This document shows, piece after piece, positions 44,820-54,500 of a stretch of 64,000 nt of DNA. The stretch is taken from contig DATY01000024.1 in the NCBI GenBank assembly GCA_002504905.1, positions 16,796 to 80,795 on the forward strand. The letters run 5' to 3'. A program made the translations under genes and the position numbers. Every line of letters starts with the position of its first letter. Positions within the stretch are counted from its first letter, which is position 1. The notes under the pieces are model-generated. The model was not told where the DNA came from and ran no database searches. It worked only from the letters and a program-made list of their open reading frames with translations. Source of the DNA: Euryarchaeota archaeon UBA605. GTDB taxonomy: Archaea > Thermoplasmatota > Poseidoniia > Poseidoniales > Thalassarchaeaceae.

Positions 44820-45221
44820 ATGGAAACGTCATGCGGCTTCATTCTAATGAATTATGACAGTATACTCTTGCTACAATATCCTCAAGGACATTGGAGTTTT
44901 CCTAAAGGGCATATTGAGGAAGATGATAACGACCATTTTGCTACAGCTAAGAGAGAATTACTAGAAGAAACCGGTATTTCTGAAGTTTCAATAATCGATG
45001 GATGGATGTCGAGAACTGAATATACTTTTTTTTCAAAGGGTACTCCTACAACCAAACAGGTTTTTTGGTATTTAGCAAATACCGACGAACTCAATGTTAA
45101 ATTATCTCATGAGCATACTAATTATATGTGGGTGAATTTTGACGAAGCATATGAGCAATTAACTTTTGATCAGGAAGTGGATTTACTACACTCCGCTAAA
45201 AACTTCCTAAATCTAAATTAA
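44820..45221 (+). CDS. NUDIX hydrolase
   Basis: The Nudix box GHIEEDDNDHFATAKRELLEETGI fits Gx5Ex7REUxEExGU. 133 aa. Confidence 0.85.
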   Translation: METSCGFILMNYDSILLLQYPQGHWSFPKGHIEEDDNDHFATAKRELLEETGISEVSIIDGWMSRTEYTFFSKGTPTTKQVFWYLANTDELNVKLSHEHTNYMWVNFDEAYEQLTFDQEVDLLHSAKNFLNLN

Positions 45222-45829
45222 TTTGTGTAAATACTCCAAGCAATCCATATCATGACTAACCCAATTATAATATCAATTATTCTCCATACTTTCTTAGTTT
45301 TCAATAATGGAGCTAGACGACGAGCTCCGAATCCGAGGCTGTAAAAAAATAGAAATGACGAAGTCATTGCTCCAATGGCGAATGTAATTTTTTCATCACC
45401 TTGAAATTGTAATGAGGCAGTGCCTAAAAGTACCGTAGTATCCAGATATACATGAGGATTCAACCAAGTAAAACCTAGAGTGATAATTGCAGTTTTTTTC
45501 GCACTAACAAGACTTTCTTCCTCGTCAATGTCCAGAGCATTTCCACTATATGCTGCCTTGAATCTCATTATTGAGTAAATAATTAAGAAAGAAATCGCAA
45601 ACCATCTTATCAATTCAGAAATATTTTCTGAATTAGATATAATCTCTCCAAATCCAAAAACTCCTAACGCTATTAGCGCAGCATCAGAAAATGCACATAT
45701 TGTACAAACGAGAAAGACATGCCTATCAGATAATCCCTGACGAATTACAAATGCATTTTGCGCACCAATCGCAACTATTAGAGATAGACTAATTAATGCA
45801 CCTTCGAACCCCGCTGATTCGATACTCAA
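45218..45829 (-). CDS. LysE/ArgO-family basic amino-acid exporter
   Basis: AIGAQNAFVIRQG is the ArgO-type N-terminal motif. 203 aa with about 6 TM segments. Confidence 0.8.
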   Translation of the reverse strand: MSIESAGFEGALISLSLIVAIGAQNAFVIRQGLSDRHVFLVCTICAFSDAALIALGVFGFGEIISNSENISELIRWFAISFLIIYSIMRFKAAYSGNALDIDEEESLVSAKKTAIITLGFTWLNPHVYLDTTVLLGTASLQFQGDEKITFAIGAMTSSFLFFYSLGFGARRLAPLLKTKKVWRIIDIIIGLVMIWIAWSIYTN

Positions 45830-45838
45830 TTATTCCAC

Positions 45839-46420
45839 CTATCTTTTACCGAGAGGGGTCCAAAGAGTCTCACCTTCTTCTCCGGTAAGCCATCGAGAGA
45901 GTACAAAACAGTGATCAGAAAGCCTGTTAAGATAACTTATGACTTCATGTCTAACTTCTTCACGAAGAGCACAAGCCTCTCTCTCGGCTCTTCGAACAAT
46001 AGTTCGAGCCATATGTAAATGCGCTACCATTGGAGTACCTGTTGGAAGTATAAATGACGACAGAGGCTCTAAATCTTCTAACATGTAATCCATCTCTTTT
46101 ACTAATCGTTCACCAGCTTCAACTCCAATGATCGACATTTGCTTTGGCACACCTCCAGGGGGGCACGCGCATTCAGCACCGACATCAAATAATTCCTGCT
46201 GGATTATTCCAAGCATCCGATCAGCCTCAATAAGGCGATTATCAGCGATTTTAGGTCGATTATTTATTTCTGCACGAACGATTCCAATTGCTGAGTTTGC
46301 CTCATCAATTGTGCCATATATAGCCACTCTAGGGTGTTCTTTCCCAACACGAGTGCCATCTACAAGAGAAGTTTCTCCACCATCGCCACCGCCAGTATGA
46401 ACCTTAGTTATCCGAACCAT
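45839..46420 (-). CDS. ATP:cob(I)alamin adenosyltransferase, PduO/MMAB type
   Basis: The N-terminal ITKVHTGGGDGGETSLVDGTRV fits the YT..GD.G.TsL pattern. The helical-bundle remainder includes ARTIVRRAERE and YLNRLSDHCFVLSR. Confidence 0.85.
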   Translation of the reverse strand: MVRITKVHTGGGDGGETSLVDGTRVGKEHPRVAIYGTIDEANSAIGIVRAEINNRPKIADNRLIEADRMLGIIQQELFDVGAECACPPGGVPKQMSIIGVEAGERLVKEMDYMLEDLEPLSSFILPTGTPMVAHLHMARTIVRRAEREACALREEVRHEVISYLNRLSDHCFVLSRWLTGEEGETLWTPLGKR

Positions 46421-46466
46421 CTTGTATCTCCGGAAGGGTTTGGCAATATGAACAATCGTTTAAACA

Positions 46467-47204
46467 TCAACTCAAATCTAAATGTTTTCTAATCGCTTCT
46501 ATCCAAGATTTATCGACAGCATCCCATCCGCCAATTTTCTCTAATTCCATAGTATGTTCCATACGAGCGTCTTCATTATTTTCTTTCTCATAAATCAAAG
46601 CTAGAGCTGAATGACTCATCGCATTAATCCATTGCTTATCCATATCCCAAGACTTTTCAAAATGAGCAATTGCACCATCTTTTCCATGAATTAAACCTCT
46701 ACTAATCTGCCTTAGCCCTGACTTAGACCATGAAATTCCTTGAACGCCAATTATCAAACCTCTAAATACAAGATAAATTTCTAAGCATACCAAAATCGAA
46801 GCCAGTATAAAAGAACCAATCTGCTCCATTTGTGAAGCTTCACTCCATCTTTCAGAAAGAAGAGTAATTGATCCTATGCAAAATAGTATCCCTCCGAATG
46901 GAGCAACTATGACATCATCGTCAGATACTGACATTTTTATTACTCCATAAATCACTGCAAAACCTCCGACAAACGCAGAAATATAAGCTGGAGCAAGTTC
47001 GTTCCCTTCACCCCTTGGGGCACTAGTCGCTAACCATAGAATAGCTGCTATGAATAATAAAATAGCGGCAAAATAACCACTTATTTCCGGGAAAGGTTGT
47101 TTTCTACTATACCAAAAAACAGTAATCCCGAGTATTGAAAATAATAAAATCCAAGGCCACATAACAATCACTCTGTTGATTCGACGCCCCATCCCGGTGC
47201 CCAA
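46467..47204 (-). CDS. Hypothetical membrane protein (5-6 TM) with a helical C-terminal domain
   Basis: Hydrophobic N-terminal two-thirds, then a soluble helical tail (ALALIYEKENNEDARMEH). The start is uncertain: the in-frame ATG at 47162 would remove the 37-nt overlap with the upstream gene. Confidence 0.5.
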   Translation of the reverse strand: MGTGMGRRINRVIVMWPWILLFSILGITVFWYSRKQPFPEISGYFAAILLFIAAILWLATSAPRGEGNELAPAYISAFVGGFAVIYGVIKMSVSDDDVIVAPFGGILFCIGSITLLSERWSEASQMEQIGSFILASILVCLEIYLVFRGLIIGVQGISWSKSGLRQISRGLIHGKDGAIAHFEKSWDMDKQWINAMSHSALALIYEKENNEDARMEHTMELEKIGGWDAVDKSWIEAIRKHLDLS

Positions 47205-47488
47205 AAATCTTCGTCATCTAGCCAGTTCAACCATTCTGTTGAATCCGCTCTTAAAAGTCTAAAACATCTCCTATCCAAACCCGCCAATAATTCATCAGAA
47301 ACCTCACCTTTCTGATGTGAATCAGTCCATTCTATTTGCATTTGTCTGATTAGCCTTTGACCTTCGGTATAATTATCAAAATTTCTTTCACAAACTTCTC
47401 TCAAATCTTGTAGCCATAATTTCGTGCCTTTAATATGAAGATTGTCATGAATGACTTTTTCTTTCTTTTTGAATGGCCACCATCCCAT
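47168..47488 (-). CDS. Hypothetical small protein
   Basis: The ORF has coding-like composition and a Trp-rich C-terminus. The start is taken at MGWWPFKKKEK; the track starts at 47551. No family recognised. Confidence 0.4.
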   Translation of the reverse strand: MGWWPFKKKEKVIHDNLHIKGTKLWLQDLREVCERNFDNYTEGQRLIRQMQIEWTDSHQKGEVSDELLAGLDRRCFRLLRADSTEWLNWLDDEDFWAPGWGVESTE

Positions 47489-47565
47489 GATAATCGTCCT
47501 TGCGTTAAGGCCTTCTTTCTTGATGCTTTGCGAATAATCAAAGAGTACCAATCCTTGCGTGGGCC

Positions 47566-48000
47566 ATGGGGCGCGTTTTTGTTCACTTACATGGTAAGGC
47601 TAAAGATTCATCATTTAGAGCGGCAATATCTGACTATGCAAACAGATTAAACTCTGATGGTGTACAAATAGTGGAGCATAGAAATAAGACCGAACCTGGT
47701 GATTATCTGGATGATGTAATTAAAAAAGCAGGTAATGATAAAGTCATTCTCTTGCAAGAAAAAGGTGAAAATCTCGATAGTATGGGGTATTCTGAAAAAA
47801 TGAAAAAATGGCGTATATCTACAAGCTCCGTTCATTTAGTTGTAGGCCCACCTGGAGGATTCGGATCTTATGGAGGAGATTTAAAATCACTTTCTTTAGG
47901 CAAGATTACACTTCCACATGAGTTAGCTGCAGTAGTTCTACTAGAACAATTATATCGTTCTTGTACAATTATCAAAGGTTTACCATATCACCGTGCATAA
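47566..48000 (+). CDS. rlmH: 23S rRNA (pseudouridine-N3)-methyltransferase RlmH (SPOUT)
   Basis: The C-terminal SLGKITLPHELAAVVLLEQLYRSCTIIKGLPYHRA matches the RlmH knot region (LS..T..H...R..L.EQ.YR......PYH). 144 aa. Confidence 0.8.
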   Translation: MGRVFVHLHGKAKDSSFRAAISDYANRLNSDGVQIVEHRNKTEPGDYLDDVIKKAGNDKVILLQEKGENLDSMGYSEKMKKWRISTSSVHLVVGPPGGFGSYGGDLKSLSLGKITLPHELAAVVLLEQLYRSCTIIKGLPYHRA

Positions 48001-48363
48001 TTAATCAAAATTAATAATTTTATTTTCACTATTTACGTGAATAATAGTAGGCACATGACCTTTAATTTGACTTTCTTCAACCATCTTGTAAGTCACTAAA
48101 ATAACTAAGTCTCCGGGGTTTACAAGATGTGCAGCCGCACCATTGATACAAATCTCGCCACTGCCTCTTTCGCCTAATATCACATAGGTTTCTAGTCTCG
48201 AACCATTGGTTAAATTTAGCACCTCTATTTTTTCCCATTCTGAAATATTTGCTGCATCAAGTAAATCCTCATCAATTGTAATTGATCCGATATAATTTAT
48301 ATTGGCTTCTGTTACAGTAGCCCGATGAATTTTTGAATTCATAACCGTTCGCAATGATGTCAT
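48001..48363 (-). CDS. panD: Aspartate 1-decarboxylase, pyruvoyl-dependent (bacterial PanD type)
   Basis: [31 protein letters not shown] contains the self-processing Gly-Ser site. 120 aa. Confidence 0.9.
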   Translation of the reverse strand: MTSLRTVMNSKIHRATVTEANINYIGSITIDEDLLDAANISEWEKIEVLNLTNGSRLETYVILGERGSGEICINGAAAHLVNPGDLVILVTYKMVEESQIKGHVPTIIHVNSENKIINFD

Positions 48364-48508
48364 CGAGCCTTCCGAATTTAATCCTACATTTTAATCCGAG
48401 GTAGTGTTGAACTTTGATACTAAAACGTCTCGTTGATACATCCGCTCTCAACTTAGGGTGTGCGTTGATAAATGAATTACATTTAGGAATGATACTTCGG
48501 TGGTCACG

Positions 48509-51500
48509 ATGAAAGGAAAGTTACAAGAAAATATTAGCCTTGAAGGCTCGAAAAAAAGTATTGTTGCAGCATTAATGGTTTTCATAATGTTATTCAGTAC
48601 TCAGATGTATTCCTTTCAGGATTTCGAACCCTATTCAGATGAAGAATCTGAGTGGGGACCAGTGATTAAGAGGACAGCATTTCAGCAAATAGATGTTTCA
48701 GATGGGCCTATGGCAGAATTTAATGAAATGCAACCAGGAGCCGAAAACCCATTTTCTCATCCTGCATTCAATGATCCAATGTATCATGACCCACTCTCTG
48801 TTTATGGAAAAGTCTCAGATCCTGCAGCATTAGCAATTGATCCGAGTTACGGATTCCTGTTAGAAGAAACAGATACAGAAGATCACGATAATGATGGTAT
48901 CTCAGATTTGAATGATTTAGATGATGATAATGATGGTATCTCAGATTTAATTGAAAGGTTTGATGGTTGTTACGGCACAGATCCTTTTGATCATGATAAT
49001 GATGGTATTCAGGATGAGTTCGATTGGGATGACGATAATGACGGATTATTGGAAGGCCCTATTGATTGGTCACAAGGAGCAGATCCGAAGAATAACACCG
49101 AAGACCGTTATGTTATTCCAACAACAATTCACCCATGGACACAAACAATAGTAGGTACCGGTTACAGGATAGATCAAAACCTGCTAGATCATGACAATGA
49201 TGGAATTACAGATGAAGATATTGACGGCACTGGTAAAGGATCATATGATGAAGATGACGATAATGATGGGCGCATCGATCAATTTACTTGGCCTTGTGAT
49301 TTTGACAGTGATGGAATCCAAGACTATTTCGATTTAGATGATGACGGAGACTCAGTACCAGATTTATGGGATTCACACCCATGGAACTCTCAGATAACTT
49401 CCAATATCACCGAAAATAATCTTTGGTCAGATTGGGTTGAATGGGACTCCGGTCCTACAACATTTTTTGTTAACATCAATAATGCTGGATTAACTCCAGA
49501 GAATATTACTATTGAAACAGGAGATATCATAACTTGGTTTAATGCAGATGTGGAAGACCATTCTGTCCAAGCACAAGGTAACGTATTCTCCAGTCCAATT
49601 ATTACTGCTAATGGTGGAGTTTGGAGCTTCCAATTCAATAGCACAGCAAATATTACCTATCAAAACCTTGGTCTGAGTGGTTCAACTCAAGGAAACATTA
49701 CTGTTACACAATCTTCATTCACTGGTAGTGACTATTATGGGCAGTATATTGGAGGTATTGATTTCGTTGAAAGAGAGAAGGCATGGCATCCTAAAGTACA
49801 AGCATTTTCAAATATCTTTGATGGTGATTTAGATGGCGATGGAATTCCTAATTTCTTAGATCCAGATAATGACAATGATGGCTCTCCTGATTCATCCGAT
49901 ACAGACGATGACAATGATGGATTGGCAGATATGTATGATGTTGATGATGATAATGACGGGATTTTGGACACATGCCTTCAAACAGATACTAATTTAGATG
50001 CTGCTGGAGACTATCCTATACCAAATCAGCCGTTTTATGATGGCAGTATAATGACGCCGGGAATAGATTGTGAAATCGATTATGATCGCGATCTTGATGA
50101 TGACCGTTACAGGGTCATAGATCAGGATTATGATTTAATTTGGGACTGGTTAGATACTGATTTGGGAGGCGTACCAATTCCAGATAACACAGTTGGCGGG
50201 ACTTTGACCGATGCAAGTGATTTACCATGGGATTTAGACAACGATGGAGAAATCAATGAAGAAGATATTTTTCCAACGGTTCCGCAGAGCACAGTCGATA
50301 CTTGGGATTGCCCAAGTCTTGCCAACCCCAATCCGTCTAATCCAGATGATAATTGTTATTTGATGCGTAAATCATACACAGGATTCAATGATTGGGATGA
50401 AGATGGGATAAATAATTGGGACGATATTGATGATGATAATGATGGTATTCTCGATTGGCTGGACATAGATGATAATTGCGACCTCGATGATGATAATGAT
50501 TTGCATTTGTTAAATGGTTCAAAATATCGTGACGACGGTCCGAATGATATCGATACAGATGTAGATGGTGACGGATTACCAAATGATGAAGATTGGGATG
50601 ACGATAATGACGGTATTTCCGACTATTATGATCCTGATGACGGAAACTGTGGTATTCAAGACTTAGATGCAACCGACCCGTATGATAACAGTTATCCAAC
50701 TAATGATGGTGATCTATTAGACGGATCTTCTGATGATCAATTATATGCATTTGCAATAGTTTACGAAATGTATTGGAACCAAACATGGATGTTTAACCCA
50801 TTCACTTCAGAAAATGGCTTTGTATTAGACTACAATGGTTTCGATGAGGCAAACCCTACTGTTAGTGGCCAAATTCCAGAGCTATATTGGCACGTTATAC
50901 AAAAATGGAGTCCATATAATGGCGATAATCACTTTGACATAGATATCGATGGAGATTCTTTGATAAATGGTATTGACGTTGATCAAGATGGTGATGGATT
51001 ACCTGATTGGTGGGATCAAGATGAAGGTAATGATGGAGTTTTAGATGTTAATGATATTAAGATGGGAGGTAGCTTTGATGACAATACTTGTGGAGCGACA
51101 TTATTTTGGATTTATGTTCCACAACAGCCACAAGCAATAGATCATGAATGTGGAATATTCTATGCTTGGTATTTTGGAGCACCTTTGGTCACCCCTACAA
51201 GGGCTAACCAAATCGAATACACATATCCATACAGCACTAGAGCCGACCCTGATTACAGTGATGGTGCTTACAATGGAAGTAATTCACAAGGTCAATGGAC
51301 CTGCAATAAAAACTGTTTCCACTTCACCTTCGACCCACAAAGTGGAGTAAGCCCTACAGCCGCAGTAACTTACAATCAAATGAAAGATAATCGTGATCTT
51401 TGGATTGCTTACATAGGATTATCCTTTGGATTTTTCCAATGGACAGCAGATTCAAACGCTAATTTCTTCCCGGATGAAAGAGCAGATTTACTGAATAATG

Positions 51501-54500
51501 ATGTAGACCCTGACGATGACTGTGGCGCGCCTGTTACAGGAAATATGGAACCTCAGTGTTTATTCAATGATACAGCAGATTTGGATGATGACTTTGATGG
51601 CATTTATGACCATTGGGATATAGATGATGATTCAGATGGTATTTGGGATTATTTCGAGGTCGACAGTAACGACGATTTAGACGATGATACTGGAACAATA
51701 CCTCCTGGTAATTTCTACACTGGTTCAAATTGTGAAGATAACGATGATGATGGTACTGATACCGATCCTGATGAGGATGGATGGTTCCAGGCCGTTCATG
51801 ACAAAGGGGTTCTCGGGCAGGGTCTTTTGAATCCCAAATATTATGATGTAGATAATGACAACGATGGCGTCCCTGACGGAGAAGATCCTGATGATGATAA
51901 TAATGGAGTGTTAGATACCGACCAGGAATTACTTTGTTTTATTGGCGAAGAACAAATGACATGGGATCACGATAATGACGGAATTGTAAATTGGATGGAT
52001 GATGATTGGGATGGAGACGGAAGATCAAATTTGATTGAACTTAATACTGCAACTCCATTTATTTCAGCATGGGATCACGATAATGACGGATTGAGAGATG
52101 ATATTGATTTGGATGACGACTCAGATGGAATGAAAGATGAGGACGAAGTTATGCTTTGGCCATCTAGATATGGTAGCGAATCCACTAATCCATGGGATCA
52201 CGATGACTTTGGCGGAGGAGAAGGAATTGCTAATCCATCTGACCCAAATACAGGGCCGGACGCGATAGATGAAGACGATGATAACGACAGCCGAATAGAT
52301 GCTGATTGGGATCAGTTAGAAGAGCAAAATGGCAGCTCATCGGATTGGGACAGTGATAATGATGGTATTTTGGATGAAGACGATAAGATTCCAACTAGAA
52401 TCACCCTCACATCACCTGATGTATTATGGTTAGATAATCTATATGCAGCCAAATTTAATGGTACTGTTAGTTGGTTAGATTTGGACCAAGGAGTTTTCGC
52501 TCCTGCAGAAAATTTACCAGTTCAAGTTCATATTGCATGGACTAGAAACGGAACTTCCGCTGTTGAAACAGTGGATGTATTAACAGATGCTGATGGAAAT
52601 TTCGTCGTTGGACAATTCTTGTTCCCTGAAGATCTTCCAGTAGGCTCTAACACCACGTATCATGTTTATGCCGAAGTAACTGAGATGTTCTTACATGATG
52701 GCTCCACTACACAACCAGTACCCACTGAAGTCCGTGCAAATACAACGATCGATTATGTTGCATGGACGTATTTCAGAAGTGACGAACAACCGTTATTTGT
52801 TGATTATAAAGTACATTATGCTGCTGATTGGGATAGAGGGATATTCGATAACAAATTATCTCATGCACCTATATCATTTACCGTGCATGGTGGGCCATTT
52901 GGTAATTTGACTCATCCAACAGTATTCGATGGATATGGCTATGGGTACAGAGCAGATTCTGGCGGATGGGTTTCATTATCATTCGTACAGACAAGTGGTA
53001 GCCAAGGTGTTTGGAAACAGGTGCAATGGAATTCTACTATAGACAATGGTCCAGGCAAAGTTCCGGGTGCATATGAAGAAATTGTTTGGGATAATACATC
53101 AAAATCTCATAGCGTTGTTGGATTATATGAGTACACAAATACAAGCTTACCAATTGGAGATTATATGTTTATCGGGGAATCTAGACCGGACTTAGGCGGA
53201 GAAATGCCATGGCCATATTTAGAAGGGGATAAGACAGATTCCTTTGCAATTCGTTCGATGCACAGGATGTATGTAGAAGCCGATATTATTACTCCTTCAA
53301 TTAGGCCGGTTTACTTCTACGACTCCACTCAATTCACCGGAGCTTCCTTTGGTGCTTGGAGGGCTCTATTCCATGCGCCATCTTTAGCCAATGCAGGCCT
53401 TGAATACAGTGAAGTAAGCCTTGGAAAGCAATATCCTATGCTTTGGGACGGTACTCCACAAGGCCTTACTGGAGAAGCAGCAAGCCTTCGTTCATTCTTG
53501 TCATCTAATGGAACACACTGGTTCATAGCAATGCAAAATGGGGGAGACTTCAATGTGCCTCCATGTGGGCCGATTAATCCATTCGATCCCGCTAGTGAGA
53601 TTAGATGTGAAATAGTTCCTGAAATGTTTACTGGTGAAACATTCAGAGTTTTCGGAACCGTATGGAACCGAACGATGACTGCTTGGCCGCATGATGCAAT
53701 GGCATTACAAGTTGATATTGATGGTAATGGAGTATTTGCAGGCTCTCAAGAGACTGGATTTGCTAGAGTTCCGGACATGATAAACGGCGAAGCAGTATTT
53801 GATTACAACTGGACCTGGTATTCACAGTACCCTGCAGGAGTCTATGGTATACGTGCTGACTTCACAAACTCGAATTATTACTTTACAGGTAATCAATCAG
53901 CGGTTCTTGCACCTACAGGGGCTTATGTCAATGTCTCAGTTATCGGAACAACGGACTTCCAACTGAATAATATTCCAAGACTTTACAGAGGTCAAAATAC
54001 AACTATTGAGGCTAGAGTGATAGATAACGCATATCAACCGGTTAGAGATGCCCCTGTGAATTATACTTGGTCTGCTGATGGCACAAGTGATGTGGCAGTA
54101 ACCGACTTGAACGGTGTGTTCAAAATCAATCTAACTATAGATGAAATGCATGAATTAGGTAATTTTTCATTGAGTTTTACTTACCCTGGGGACACTTATC
54201 GACAAGGTAGCTCATCTGGAATAGACCTCTGGGTCGTTTCAAGGACTTACATAGATTTACAAAGTACTACTGATAATAGATTATCTAGTGGAGATATTTG
54301 GGAATTTACAGCTCAGGTAACTGATGATAATAGGACTGCTGCAATAAAAGATAAAGGAGAACTTTTGGATGGTTGCGATGAGAACGGTGGAGAAATATTA
54401 GTTATTCTTGAAGGAGTTGATTTCGAACAAACAGTTCATCGGCAGATTATCAAGACATTGTGCCCTAACGCCGGAACAATAAATCATGCAATGCTGTTAG

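Noticed and set aside
47401-47650. Small ORFs 47401-47586 (-) and 47435-47650 (+) in the rlmH upstream region.
   Set aside because: They overlap each other and the better-supported rlmH and 47168-47488 genes. They have no motifs and are probably spurious.
50385-50699. His/Tyr/Arg-rich 104-aa ORF on the minus strand (HHYHHQYR...), which looks superficially like a metal-binding peptide.
   Set aside because: It is the antisense reading of the GAT/GAC-rich aspartate repeats (ATC/GTC codons), an artefact of the repeat composition.
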